Source of the DNA: Rhynchopus sp. YZ270_cl-10
Lineage: Eukaryota
Assembly (NCBI GenBank): GCA_964035575.1
Contig: OZ037835.1
Location: 1,364,001 to 1,428,000 of the forward strand
Direction of reading: 5' to 3'
Length of the DNA: 64,000 nt
In this document: positions 38,457 through 51,284 of the stretch, one piece after another
Position numbering within the stretch: the stretch's first letter is position 1
Layout: the number at the start of each line of letters is the position of its first letter
Notes under the pieces: generated by a model
What the model saw: the letters and a program-made list of their open reading frames with translations, nothing else
What the model was told of the DNA's origin: nothing
The model's database searches: none
Made by a program: the position numbers and the translations under genes

Positions 38457-40106
38457 ATGCCGAAGCGACACGCAGACAGCACGCAGGACGAGAAGCCACG
38501 AAAGAGAAGACAGCTTTCTGCAGGTGAGCTCTTGGTGGAGGCTGTCAGGAACGGTAACATTGTCAATACGACTGATGTGCGGGAGTTCCTTGGGCAGATC
38601 CCACACACGGCTGTGCACGAGGCATGCAGAAGGAACGACGATGAATGCCTCACACTGCTTCTTCCGTATGTTGAGACAACGCAGAAGGGCTTTGAGACCC
38701 TGCTGAGTGAGTGTGTCCACACAGACCACGTTGCGTGCACGGAGGTCCTCTTGCAGCATTGGAAGTCCGTCTGCAACAACGTGGCGTTTGTCCCGCACCA
38801 GTGGACAGACCCTGCAGTGTGTCGCGTCTTGATTGATGCAGGGGCAGACTTACATACAAAAGACGAGGACGGATGTTTGCCTCTGCACTCTGCTTGCGAT
38901 TCAGGAGCACTCGACGTTGTGAAGATGTTGGTTGAAGCAGGTGCAGAAGTGCGTGCCAAAAGCGACGACGGGGAGACCAGTTTTACCATGGCAGCAGCAC
39001 ACGGTCACACGGAGACTGTGTGCTATCTTTTGGGCTTGCCAGATGTCGATGTGAATCATGGCAACTTCAATGCGCTTCAATGTGCTGCGATGAATGGGCA
39101 CACAGAAGTGGTTCGGGTGCTGATTGATGCAGGTGCAGACATCGACATAAAAGACAACTACGATGGATGTTCGCCTCTGCACTATGCTTGCGAATCAGAA
39201 TCACTCGAAAGTGTGAAGATGTTGGTCAGAGCAGGTGCGGGAGTGCGTGCCACAAATCACCGGGGGGAAACGTGTCTTGTCCGTGCAGTTCACGCGGCAC
39301 ATTATGGAGACACCGAGATTCTGCGCTATCTTGTGTGCTTGCCAGAGGTCGATGTGAATTACCGACAGGGTGGCAACTGCACTGCGTTGCACTATGCGGT
39401 GGATGAAAAACCACGCACAGACGTGATACAGGTGCTGATTGATGCAGGTGCAGACATCGACGCAAAGAACAGCGAGGGACGTTCGCCTCTGCACTCTGCT
39501 TGCGCTTCAGGAGAACTTGACGTTGTGAAGATGTTAGTTGAAGCAGGTGCGGGAGTGCGTGCCACAAATGACCGAGGGGAACCGTGTCTTTTCCTTGCGG
39601 CACGTTGTGGACACACCGAGACTGTGCGCTATCTTGTGGGCTTGCCAGAGGTGGATGTGAATCGTCGATACGCTGGCAACTACACTGCGTTGCAGTGTGC
39701 GCTGGAGAATGAGGAAACAGACGTGGTGCAGGTGCTGATTGATGCAGGTGCAGACATTGTCACAAACAACAACGCTCTGCACTATGCTTGTGAAGAAGGA
39801 TCACTCGACATTGTGAAGATGTTAGTCAGAGCAGGTGCGGGAGTGCGCGCCACAAATGATGAAGGATGGACGTGTCTCATAACTGCGGCACGTTATGGAC
39901 ACACCGAGACTGTGCGCTATCTTGTGGGCTTGCCAGAGGTGGAACTGAACCACCGAGACACTGCAAAGAACTACACTGCGTTGCACTATGCGGTGGAGCA
40001 AAAACACACAGACGTTGCACAGGTGCTGACTGATGCACTGCTATTGCAGTTTGAGGCAGCAAACTCTCGTATAGCTGCACTGGAGGTGGTGGGGTGTCCC
40101 AGTTGA
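38457..40106 (+). CDS. Ankyrin-repeat protein, tandem array copy 2
   Basis: Intact ORF, same architecture. Confidence 0.92.
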   Translation: MPKRHADSTQDEKPRKRRQLSAGELLVEAVRNGNIVNTTDVREFLGQIPHTAVHEACRRNDDECLTLLLPYVETTQKGFETLLSECVHTDHVACTEVLLQHWKSVCNNVAFVPHQWTDPAVCRVLIDAGADLHTKDEDGCLPLHSACDSGALDVVKMLVEAGAEVRAKSDDGETSFTMAAAHGHTETVCYLLGLPDVDVNHGNFNALQCAAMNGHTEVVRVLIDAGADIDIKDNYDGCSPLHYACESESLESVKMLVRAGAGVRATNHRGETCLVRAVHAAHYGDTEILRYLVCLPEVDVNYRQGGNCTALHYAVDEKPRTDVIQVLIDAGADIDAKNSEGRSPLHSACASGELDVVKMLVEAGAGVRATNDRGEPCLFLAARCGHTETVRYLVGLPEVDVNRRYAGNYTALQCALENEETDVVQVLIDAGADIVTNNNALHYACEEGSLDIVKMLVRAGAGVRATNDEGWTCLITAARYGHTETVRYLVGLPEVELNHRDTAKNYTALHYAVEQKHTDVAQVLTDALLLQFEAANSRIAALEVVGCPS

Positions 40107-41141
40107 AAGGTGCACAGGAAGAGAGGCTTGCATCCTGTACTGTTTTCTGCCCCTAGTTTAGACAGCGAAACGTTTCCCCATGGATTGCACGGGAAACAAT
40201 ATGACAAACAGGTGCAGGGTGGTTCCGTGCATATCATAGAACCCGGCACCTTGTGTGTCCTCTAAAAACCAAAAGCGTTGTGTGTGAAGTTTTGAAGGAA
40301 GGAAAAATAATGTTTCATTCTTTTTTGTTTTCTGCCACAGTACATCTTGATGTCATTAGCAGTGTTTCCCCTTCCCCCCTTTTGTACCCCACCTGTCCAC
40401 CATACTTCAGGACACGTGTTTTCGGGTGTTTTTTGGGTCTGGTTTGGGTTTGTGGTTTGGGAAAAAACGGAGACTTATTTGGCTGGGAAAAGACATCATC
40501 CCTGACAACACACTTGTGGAATCCCACGCAGCTGATGCTGTGCGACAACGGATGTGATCAAAGTGACTAAGCACAGAGAGGCTCAGGGTCTTGTTGTGCA
40601 CTTTATTGTTTGCAGTACTGTATTTCTGTTTTATGACTCATTTTACACATGATCCTCAACCCCCTACTTTAGCTTTTCCGTTTGGAAGTTCGGATTGCGA
40701 ATTTATTTTGATCTTTTGTGCCCTCTGCACCCCTGTCAGACAAAAAGTGCGAATCCTGGAAAAAGTCCTGAATCAAAAGTGACTAGCAAGCATGAGAGGC
40801 TTTAGGTTTCATCACATAAACGTTCCTTAGCATTGCCGCATATCTGGGTATGTGGCCACTTAGTGTGGTGGATGGAGACGCACCGTGTTGTGCTGAGGCA
40901 GGATTGCATGAGTGGAGACGTGGGTCGGAGACTCGGGTGCAGTGGGTATGCTGCAGTGCGCAGTGCTGATGTCCCGCAGTTGTCTCGTCCTTTAGAATCG
41001 AAGGTGACGAAATAAAGCCTCAGACGTTTGCATCATTATTTGTTGTGCAATGATACAAGAACCATCGGAGGGTCGTCACCCACAACCTCTGCACAAAAAG
41101 AAACCAACACAAAAGACACAGCAACAATACACAAACACACA

Positions 41142-42938
41142 ATGCCGAAGCGACACGCAGACAGCACGCAGGACGAGAACCCACGAAAGAGAAGACAGCT
41201 TTCTTCAGACGAGGTCTTGGTGGAGGCTGTCAGGAACGGCGACACGACTGCCGTGCGGGCTTTCCTTGCTCAAACCTCACTCAGAAAAACAATGGCCTTC
41301 AATGCTGCGTACGTGGCATGCAGAAGGAACGACGATGAAAGCCTCACACTGCTTCTTCCGTATGTTGAGACAAAGCAGACGTTCTTTGGGATCCTGCTGA
41401 GTGAGTGTGTCCACGCAGACCACGTTGCGTGCACGGAGGTCCTCTTGCAGCATTGGAAGTCCGTCTGCAACAACGTGACATTCGTCCCCCAGGAGTGGGA
41501 ATTCCCTGCAGTGTGTCGCGTCTTGATTGATGCAGGGGCAGACATACATACAGGAGACGAGGACGGATATTTGCCTCTCCACACTGCTTGCGTTTTAGGA
41601 GCACTCGAACAACGTGGCGTTTGTCCCGCACCAGTGGTCAGACCCTGCAGTGTGTCGCGTCTTGATTGATGCAGGGGCAGACTTACAGATAACAGACGAG
41701 GAAGGATGTTCGCCTCTGCACTCTGCTTGTGAATCAGGAGCACTTGACGTTGTGAAGATGTTGGTTGAAGCAGGTGCGGAAGTGCGTGCCACAAATGACG
41801 AAGGGGACACCAGTTTTAGCAGGGCAGCAGCACATGGACACACGGACACTGTGCGCTATCTTTTGGGCTTGCCAGATGTCGATGTGAATCATGGCAACTT
41901 CAATGCGCTTCAATGTGCTGCGATAAATGAGTACCCAGACGTGGTGCAGGTGCTGATTGATGCAGGTGCAGACATTGACATAAAGGACGACTTCGATGGA
42001 TGTTCGCTTCTGCACTATACTTGCGCTTCAGGATCACTCGAGGGTGTGAAGATGTTGGTCAGAGCAGGTGCGGAAGTGCGTGCCACAAATGACGAAGGGG
42101 AAATGTGTCTTGTCCTTGCAGCACGTAATGGACACATAGAGACTGTGCGCTATCTTGTGTGCTTGCCAGAGGTGGATGTGAATTACCGACAGACTGACAA
42201 CTACACTGCGTTGCACTGTGCGGTGGATGAAAAACCACGCACAGACGTGGTGCAGGTGCTGATTGATGCAGGTGCAGACATCGACGCAAAGAACAACGAG
42301 GGATGTTCGCCTCTGCACACTGTTTGCGCTTCAGGAGCACTTGACGTTGTGAAGATGTTGGTTGAAGCGGGAGCGGGAGTGCGTGCCACAAATGGCCGAG
42401 GGGAAACGTGTCTTGTCCTTGCGGCACGTTGTGGACACACCGAGACTGTGCGCTATCTTGTGGACTTGCCAGAGGTGGATGTGAATCATGTGAATCGTCG
42501 ATACGCTGGCAACTACACTGCGTTGCAGTGTGCGCTGGAGGGTGAGAAAACAGACGCGGTGCAGGTGCTGATTGATGCAGGTGCAGATGTTGTCACAAAC
42601 AACAACGCTCTGCACTCTGCTTGCGTTTCAGGAACACTTGACATTGTGAAGATGTTGGTCAGAGCAGGTGCGGGAGTGCGTGCCACAAATGAGGAAGGAT
42701 GGACGTGTCTTATCACTGTGGCATTTTTTGGACACATCGAGCTTGTGCGCTATCTTGTGGGCTTGCCAGAGGTGGAACTGAATCACCGAGACACTGCAAA
42801 GAACTACACTGCGTTGCACTATGCGGTGGAGCAAAAACACACTGAAGTTGCACAGGTGCTGACTGATGCACTGCTATTCAGTTTGAGGCAGCAAACTCTC
42901 GTATAGCTGCACTGGAGGTGGTGGGGTGTCCCATTTGA
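41142..42938 (+). pseudogene. Ankyrin-repeat array copy 3, chimeric and frameshifted
   Basis: At ~41608 the sequence jumps from …GGAGCACTCGA back to ACAACGTGGCGTTTGTC (a different paralogue version of the preceding segment), shifting frame. A 1-nt deletion near 42879 (ctattcagttt vs ctattgcagttt) alters the C-terminus. Confidence 0.85.
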
Positions 42939-44020
42939 AAGGTGCACAGGACGAGAGGCTTTCATATTATATTGTTTTCTGCCCCTAGTTTCGAGAGCGA
43001 AACGTTTTCCCATGGATTGCACGGGAAACAATATGACAAACAGGTGCAGGGTGGTTCCGTGCATATCATAGAACCCGGCACCTTGTGTGTCTTCTAAAAA
43101 CCAAAAGCGTTGTGTGTGAAGTTTTGAAGCAAGGAGAAATAATATGGGGTGTCCCCAACCCCGGTGAAATCCGGGCGAAATCGGGTGAAATCGGGCGAAA
43201 TCGGGCAAAAACAGGGTTTTTTGGCTTCTGTGAGGGTTTGGCCCAGTAAAACACCCAGAAACCGCGCTTTTCGAGATTTCCGGGCTGGGTCTGCAGGGTT
43301 TTCGCTATGGGGGTACCGGGGTACCGCCGGTACCCCCAAAGAAAAATTTGGGGAAAAAACCCGATTTTTGGGGGTACGGCGGTACCCCCAACGGTACTTG
43401 AGGGTTTAGGGTTAGTGGGAAATGTTTTTTTTCTTCTTTTTTTTTTCCTCTCGGCAAGACGTGGCGCAAATCTTTCAATTGCGGCCATAATCGGGGGAAA
43501 ATATGCTTCTGTGGGGTCCTTGCCGTTCCGAGAGAAGGAAAAAGTAGCGTACCGTGCGCCTGCGGCGCAAAACTTATGAGCGGAATCCCACAGCCCTCTA
43601 CCATAGTTTGGCTGTAAAAATGTTTGATTTTAAGTCACAATTTTTGAAATGTTGCGTACCGTGGCTTTCGCCACAAAGTTTAGATATTATGACTGCCGTT
43701 TCTTCTTGTACTGAGGGAAGGCAGGCGTAGAAAAAACATGAGAAAAAGGGTTGGTTTGGTTCTTGATGTACATTACCATCCCACGTCATCACGTATTTAC
43801 ATGAAATGAACGGACCTTTTCGCGCGGAGCGCGAAAATTTTTTTTTGACCCTTTTTTTTTGCCGGTGCCCCCAAAAAAAAAAAAAATAGCGATTTCTGGC
43901 GAAAACACTGCAGAGTCTGGGTACAGGGGTGGAGGTGCGTCTACTGACCCGGTTTCAAAACCGGGTCAAAAAAAAAAAAATGGGATTTTGGCGAAAAACC
44001 CGGTTTGGAAAAAAATAAAA

Positions 44021-45462
44021 GGGTAAATTGCGATAACACGTATACTTTTTTTTTCGATTTGCGATAACACGTACACAAAAAGTATACGTGTTATCGCGAA
44101 AAAGTGTACGTGTTTTCGCAAACAAAAACGTACGTGTTTTCCCAGGTACCCAGGTACCCAGGTACCCAGGTACCCAGGTACCCAGGTACCCAGGTACCCA
44201 GGTACCCAGGTACCCAGGTACCCAGGTACCCAGGTACCCAGGTACCCAGGTACCCAGGTACCCAGGTACCCAGGTACCCAGGTACCCAGGTACCCAGGTA
44301 CCCAGGTACCCAGGTACCCAGGTACCCAGGTACCCAGGTACCCAGGTACCCAGGTACCCAGGTACCCAGGTACCCAGGTACCCAGGTACCCAGGTACCCA
44401 GGTACCCAGGTACCCAGGTACCCAGGTACCCAGGTACCCAGGTACCCAGGTACCCAGGTACCTGGTTTGTCAAGGAAACCAAACTTTTTGTCACGGAAAA
44501 AGTCGTGACAGGGCACTGGGTACTGGGTACACTGTGTACAAGGATAAAAGTCGTGAAAGAGCAACCACAGCTCCACATGACAAACACAAAAGTGTCCAGT
44601 CACGTGGGGCATTCATGCACTGAGGAGATAATGATCCAACAATTTACAAGAAAGATTACTTAACCTACTGCTGGAAGTTGCCAGGTCGTAGTAACACACA
44701 AAGTGTGCCTCCGTTCGGGAATACCGGATATTCTAGAGACCAAAAAGGCCTCTTCCGCTAGTCAAGGTATAACCGAATGAACGGCCCAAGACCCCCGTGG
44801 AGAAGTTAAATGTTGTAATGCTATCAAGTACAAACTGCGACCACTGTCTTACCCTCCTCAATGCATGGTGGAAGATGTCTTTGACAACAAATATCCTGTA
44901 CCCAGGTACCCATATTCCCAGACCCACGCAGTACCACGTCGCAGTACTACGCAAAATTTACCACCAGACCCTGTCTTCGTGCACCTTAAGTACGTAAGTC
45001 TGGTTCCCAGACCCACGCAGTGGCACATGACCGCAAGTGTGAGTGACCCACAGAGGGATACGCAAAATTTACCACCAGACCCTGTCTTCTGAATGTCACA
45101 CGTACATTTTTTTGAACACTTTTCGCGATAACACGTACATATTTCGCTAAAAAACGGGGTGCTCGCAACCGCGTTCTAGACCCCTACAGATGCTCAAAAG
45201 TGCCAAATTTTGCTTTGAATGGCCTCAAATCGTCGAAATTAGCCATTTTTGGGGCCCAAAAAAAAAAATTCGAGGGTCTAGGTATGGAGAGCGAGCACCT
45301 TAGAAGAAGGAAACACGTACATTTTTGTTCGCGATAACACGTATACTTTTTTGACCACTTTTCGCGATAACACGTACACTTTTTCGCGATAACACGTATA
45401 CTTTTTGTGTACGTGTTATCGCAAATGGAAACAAAAAGTATACGTGTTATCGCAATTTGCCC
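44021..45462. mobile_element. Non-autonomous TIR element B (GCGATAACACGTA subrepeats), apparent 9-bp TSD AAAATAAAA (Mutator-like)
   Basis: gggtaaattgcgataacacgtatacttttt / aaaaagtatacgtgttatcgcaatttgccc; carries the CCAGGTAC array and part of the element A cargo. Confidence 0.8.
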
Positions 45463-45705
45463 AAAATAAAAAAAATGGGATTTGCAATTTTGGGAGAAAA
45501 TCGATTTTTTTTGGTACCTCGCACGAGCCTCTGAGATCATGAACAAAGTGACCCCGTCACAGCCAGAACGCGACTCAATTAGTCAAACGCCGAAGCAAAA
45601 GGAAGCATGCAGCATGGCGAAATAATAAAAGTAGCGTACCGTGCGCCTGCGGCGCAAGCTTGCAACCCACCCCCAAAATGTACAATTTTAAGCGCATTTT
45701 TTTTT

Positions 45706-47856
45706 GGGAAAATGACTATAACACCCATGTTACTAATACCCATTTACGATAATACCCACTGGGTATTATCGTAAACTTTTTGGGTATTATCGTAAAGTTT
45801 TTGGGTATTATCGTAAACTATTTGGGTATTAGTTTTGGGTATTATCGTAAACTTTTTGGGTATTACCCAGGTACCCAGGTACGATGTGATTTAGCTGGCT
45901 ACTCGCGCAAGGTATCAGAGGCGCTCGCACGCTGGTGAATGTGCAGACAAGGTATGGTTTCATCGACCCCAGAGAAAATACAATTTTCACTAAATATATG
46001 GGGGGGGGTTTTTTTTTACACAACTTTTTGCATCCCTGTCTTACATCCTCAAATTCAGGGTAACCATTTTTCTTGACAATTAACAATTAATCTTTCTCCA
46101 AGCGACATAACTTAATTACACCCACATTTACACTCATCACAGGATCGCGAAATCTGAACTGCATCAGCGATTGCGCTTCTCCGTCTCCGACATTCTACAC
46201 CTCAACATACGAAGACCTGGGTGGGAACATTTAGTCAGTCACTGCTATAGCCATTAACCCAGGGAGCATAGCTAGTGCAAGAAATTCGACTTTGGCAACC
46301 TTCCGGAAAGTCTGTCCTCTGCTCGCGGAGGACTAGACACAAGAAAATATTGCGTTCCCCCAGAAAACCAGTGCACATTTCACACTCCTTGTGGGTGGTC
46401 TTGTTGCCTTTTCGTCATAGTAATTTTGGCCCAGGCATGTTCTTGAAGCATGACAATTTAGTGTGTATGGGGCAGGGTGTTGTTTTGTTCTGAATTCTCT
46501 TTGTTATAACATCTAAGTCAATCGCGGGTGGTGGTTTGTGTAGCGTGAGGCACTCTTTTTAGCAAACTTCCTGCGGCTGCTAAAGTGTTATTTCTTCGGA
46601 TTTAACAACGTACAGCGTAACATAGTGGTTTCGCCTGGTCGACACAACCTTTGATAGATATGGGATAACCAACCCCCTTCGACCCCTTGTGGGTTCACTG
46701 AACAAGCCCTAGTGGTAGTTAAACGCGATTGACATTTACATTCCTAGAGATGAAAGAACAAGACAACACTTCTGTACCCGCGCATCAAAATTGTGGAAAA
46801 CTTTGCACCCCAAACACCCTCAACAACGCCCGCCAAAAGGCGCCCCTTGTTGCTGGGAGTTGGTTCTCATGATACCTGCACAGCGGGCATTCCTCTGAGT
46901 CCAACGCATGTTTGGCCTGTCTGCGGCGTTGTACTTAAGGTGCACGAAGACAGGGTCTGGTGGTAAATTTTGCGTAGTACTGCGACGTGGTACTGCGTGG
47001 GTCTGGGAATATGGGTACCTGGGTACAGGATATTGGTTGTGTAAGACATCTTCCACCATGCATTGAGGAGGGTAAGACAGTGTTCGCAGTTTCTACCTGA
47101 TAGCATTACAACATTTAACTTCTCCACGGGGGTCTTGGGCCGTTCACTCGGTTCTACCTTGACTACCGGAAGATATTCTTGAGGCCTTTTTGGTCTCTAG
47201 AATATCCGGTCTTCCCGAACGGAGGCACACTTTGTGTGTTACTACGACCTGGCAATTTCCAGCAGTAGGTTAAGTAATCTTTCTTGTAAATTGTTGGATC
47301 ATTATCTCCTCAGTGCATGAATGCCCCATGTGACTGGACACTTTTGTGTTTGTCATGTGGAGCTGTGGTTGCTCTTTCACGACTTTTTTCCTGTTCCTGG
47401 GTACCTGTTCCTGGACCTGGACCTGGGTACCTGGGTACCTGGGTACCTGGGTACCTGGGTACCTGGGTACCTGGGTACCTGGGTACCTGGGTACCTGGGT
47501 ACCTGGGTACCTGGGTACCTGGGTACCTGGGTACCTGGGTACCTGGGTACCTGGGTACCTGGGTACCTGGGTACCTGGGTACCTGGGTACCTGGGTACCT
47601 GGGTACCTGGGTACCTGGGTGCCTGGGTGCCTGGGTGCCTGGGTGCCTGGGTGCCTGGGTACTACCCAACCTGGGTAATACCCAAAAAGTTTACGATAAT
47701 ACCCAAAAAGTTTACGATAATACCCAAAACTAATACCCAAAAAGTTTACGATAATACCCAAAAAGTTTACGATAATACCCAAAAAGTTTACGATAATACC
47801 CAGTGGGTATTATCGTAAATGGGTATTAGTAACGTGGGTGTTATGATAATTACCCC
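45706..47856. mobile_element. Non-autonomous TIR element C (TTTACGATAATACCCA subrepeats), cargo inverted relative to element A
   Basis: Inverted termini of ~170 bp with poly-T flanks; ~46238-47400 is the reverse complement of ~31850-33012. Confidence 0.8.
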
Positions 47857-48232
47857 TTTTTTTTTTTGAAATGTTGCGTACCGTGGCTTCGCCAGGAACC
47901 TTTGAGGCCATGACCGCCGAAAAATCCACTTTTGCCGAGTGCGTGAAGTTCGGTGTGCTGAACAAAGGGGGAACATGGACCCTACTCCCCTTCATCAAGG
48001 CACAAACGCTGTTGCGCAAGTTCCCCGCCAAAGAAGTGTAACAACCAGGTCGCACGTGCCAGTGTCATTTTCGCGCGCAGCGCGAAAAAATTTTTTTGAC
48101 CCCAAAAAGCTCAGACCGGGTCAAACCGGGTCTTTTTTGAAAATCCCAAATCTATCTCCATCTCTGTCTGGGTAAAATAAAAAAAAAAATCGGTCACTTT
48201 CGTTGAGCAGAACAGAACCCCTTTAGGTGACT

Positions 48233-48391
48233 CACAGTACACGTACACAGTACACAGTACACAGTACACAGTACACAGTACACAGTACACAGTACACAGT
48301 ACACAGTACACAGTACACAGTACACAGTACACAGTACACAGTACACAGTACACAGTACACAGTACACAGTACACAGTACACAGTACACAGT
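48233..48391. repeat. (CACAGTA)n 7-bp satellite
   Basis: Directly visible. Confidence 0.95.
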
Positions 48392-49613
48392 TTGGGTGGG
48401 TATTGGCACAAACCATTGTAGGTACACGCGCCAATAACGTTCAACCCGCTCCTCCAGGCTGTTTCCTAATTCTGGAAATTTTCCGGAAAATTCCATCTGG
48501 AAGCAAATATTTTCCCTGAAAAAAAGTGGGCTCCAAAACATGCAGCGATTGGCATTTCCGGAATCCGTCCGTGCTGTGGTGGGGTCACTTGCCCGAAATG
48601 GCCAAGTTCTTGGTTTTGGTCAAACCCCGCCCAAGCTCCCCACTCCCAACCCAAAAAAAGGAATTTTTGAAGACCGGGCGAAATCGGGTGGAATTGGGTT
48701 CAGGTGGGCCCAGGGGGGCTCTAGGGGGGCGATTGTGGGCTGGTCGCGGGACACCACATAATATTTCATTCTTTTTTGTTTTCTGCCACTGTACATCTTG
48801 ATGTAATTAACACTGTTTCCCCTTCCCCCCTTTTGCACCCCACGTGTCCACCATACTTCAAGACACGTGTTTTCGGGATTTTTTAGGTCTGCTTTGGGTT
48901 TGTGGTTTGGGAAAAAAGGGAGACTTCTTTGGCTGGGAAAAGACATCATCCCTGACAACACACTTGTGGAATCCCACGCAGCTGATGCTGTGTGATAGCG
49001 GATGTGATCAAGGTGACTAAGCACAGAGAGGCTCAGGGTCTTGTTGTGCACTTTATTGTTTGCAATACTGTATTTCTGTTTTATGACTCATTATACACAT
49101 GATCCTCAACCCCCTACTTTAGCTTTTCCGTTTGGAAGTTCGGATTGCGAATTTATTTTGAGCTTTTGTGTCCTCTGCACCCCTGCCAGACAAAAAGTGC
49201 GAATCCTGGAAAAAGTCCTGAATCAAAAGTGACTAGCAAGCATGAGAGGGTTTAGGTTTCATCACATAAACGTTCCTTAGCATTGCCGCATATCTGGGTA
49301 TGTGGCCACTTAGTGTGGTGGATGGAGACGCACCGTGTTGTGGGGTTCTTTTGGGCTGGGGTGCTGAGGCAGGATTGCATGAGTGGAGACGTGGGTCGGA
49401 GACTCGGGTGCAGTGGGTATGCTGCAGTGCACAGTGCTGATGTCCTGCAGTTGTCTCGTCCTTTAGAATCGAAGGTGACGAAAATAAAGCCTCAGACGTT
49501 TGCATCATTATTTGTTGTGCAATGATGCAAGAACCATCGGAGGGTCGTCACCCACAACCTCTGCACAAAAAGAAACCAACACAAAAGACACAGCAACAAC
49601 ACACAAACACACA

Positions 49614-51284
49614 ATGCCGAAGCGACACGCAGACAGCACGCAGGACGAGAACCCACGAAAGAGAAGACAGCTTTCTGCAGGTGAGGTCTTGGTGGAGGCT
49701 GTCAGGAACGGTAACATTGTCAATACGACTGATGTGCGGGAGTTCCTTGAGCAGATCCCACACACGGCTGTGCACGAGGCATGCAGAAGGAACGACGATG
49801 AATGCCTCACACTGCTTCTTCCGTATGTTGACACAACGCAGAAGGGCTTTGGGATGCTGCTGAGTGAGTGTGTCCACGCAGACCACGTTGCGTGCACGGA
49901 GGTCCTCTTGCAGCATTGGAAGTCTGTCTGCAACAACGTGGCGTTTGCCCCTTTCGAGTGGACAGACCCTGCAGTGTGTCGCGTCTTGATTGATGCAGGG
50001 GCAGACTTACATACAAAAGACGAGGAAGGATGTTCGCCTCTGCACTCTGCTTGTGAATCAGGAGCACTTGACGTTGTGAAGATGTTGGTTGAAGCAGGTG
50101 CGGAAGTGCGTGCCACAAATGACGAAGGGGAGACCAGTTTTACGAGGGCAGCAGCATACGGTCACAGAGAGACTGTGCGCTATCTTGTGGGCTTGCCAGA
50201 TGTCGATGTGAATCATGGCAACTTCAATGCGCTTCAATGTGCGGCGATGAATGAGTTCCCGGAGGTGGTGCAGGTGCTGATTGATGCAGGTGCAGACATC
50301 GACATAACAGCCAACTTCGATGGATGTTCACCTCTGCACTATGCTTGTGAATCAGGATCACTCGAGGGTGTGAAGATGTTGGTCAGAGCAGGTGTGGGAG
50401 TGCGTGCCACAAATAACCGAGGGCAAACGTGTCTTGTCCGTGCAGTTCACGCGGCACGTTATGGACACATAGAGGCTTTGCGCTATCTTGTGTGCTTGCC
50501 AGAGGTGGATGTGAATTACCGACAGGCTGGCAACATCACTGCGTTGCACTATGCGGTGGATGAAAAACCACGCACAGACGTGGTACAGGTGCTGATTGAT
50601 GCAGGTGCAGACATCGACGCAAAGAACAACGAGGGACGTTCGCCTCTGCACTCTGCTTGCGCTTCAGGAGAACTTGACGTTGTGAAGATGTTGGTTGAAG
50701 CAGGTGCGGGAGTGCGTGACACAAATGGCCGAGGGGAAACGTGTGTTGTTCTTGCGGCACGTAATGGACACACCGAGACTGTGCGCTATCTTTTGGGCTT
50801 GCCAGAAGTAGATGTGAATCATGTGCATCGTCGATGCGCTGGCAACTACACTGCGTTGCAGTGTGCGCTGGAGAATAATAAACCTGACGTGGTGCGGGTG
50901 CTGATTGATGCAGGTGCAGACATCGACGCAAAGAACAACTACGGATGTTCGCCTGTGCACTCTGCTTGCGTTTCAGGAACACTTGACATTGTGAAGATGT
51001 TGGTCAGAGCAGGTGCGGGAGTGCGCGCCACAGATAATGACGGATGGACGTGTCTTATCTCTGCGGCATTTTTTGGACACATCGATATTGTGCGCTATCT
51101 TGTGGGCTTGCCAGAGGTGGAACTGAATCACCGAGACACTGCAAAGAACTACACTGCGTTGCACTATGCGGTGGAGGAAAATCACACAGAAGTTACACAG
51201 GTGCTCACTGATGCACTGCTATTGCAGTTTGAGGCAGCAAAGTCTCGTATAGCTGCACTGGAGGTGGTGGGGTGTCCCATTTGA
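49614..51284 (+). CDS. Ankyrin-repeat protein, tandem array copy 4
   Basis: Intact ORF, same architecture. Confidence 0.92.
   Translation: MPKRHADSTQDENPRKRRQLSAGEVLVEAVRNGNIVNTTDVREFLEQIPHTAVHEACRRNDDECLTLLLPYVDTTQKGFGMLLSECVHADHVACTEVLLQHWKSVCNNVAFAPFEWTDPAVCRVLIDAGADLHTKDEEGCSPLHSACESGALDVVKMLVEAGAEVRATNDEGETSFTRAAAYGHRETVRYLVGLPDVDVNHGNFNALQCAAMNEFPEVVQVLIDAGADIDITANFDGCSPLHYACESGSLEGVKMLVRAGVGVRATNNRGQTCLVRAVHAARYGHIEALRYLVCLPEVDVNYRQAGNITALHYAVDEKPRTDVVQVLIDAGADIDAKNNEGRSPLHSACASGELDVVKMLVEAGAGVRDTNGRGETCVVLAARNGHTETVRYLLGLPEVDVNHVHRRCAGNYTALQCALENNKPDVVRVLIDAGADIDAKNNYGCSPVHSACVSGTLDIVKMLVRAGAGVRATDNDGWTCLISAAFFGHIDIVRYLVGLPEVELNHRDTAKNYTALHYAVEENHTEVTQVLTDALLLQFEAAKSRIAALEVVGCPI

Larger units (their letters stand above)
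43146..48757. mobile_element. 5.6-kb composite insertion in the ankyrin array spacer, with nested TIR elements
   Basis: Ends GGGGTGTCCC… / …GGGACACCAC. ATAATAT is duplicated at 43139-43145 and 48758-48764, but is single in an uninterrupted spacer (near 37600). Confidence 0.85.

Noticed and set aside
31268..47856. CRISPR-like appearance of spaced subrepeats in TIRs
   Set aside because: No constant-length unique spacers, no cas genes, eukaryotic context; the repeats are arranged as inverted termini.
21690..48444. Long ORFs of VPSTQYP, YTV, PGTQVPRY or TVYCVLC repeats
   Set aside because: Translations of 7-9 bp satellites that are open in several frames on both strands; not genes.
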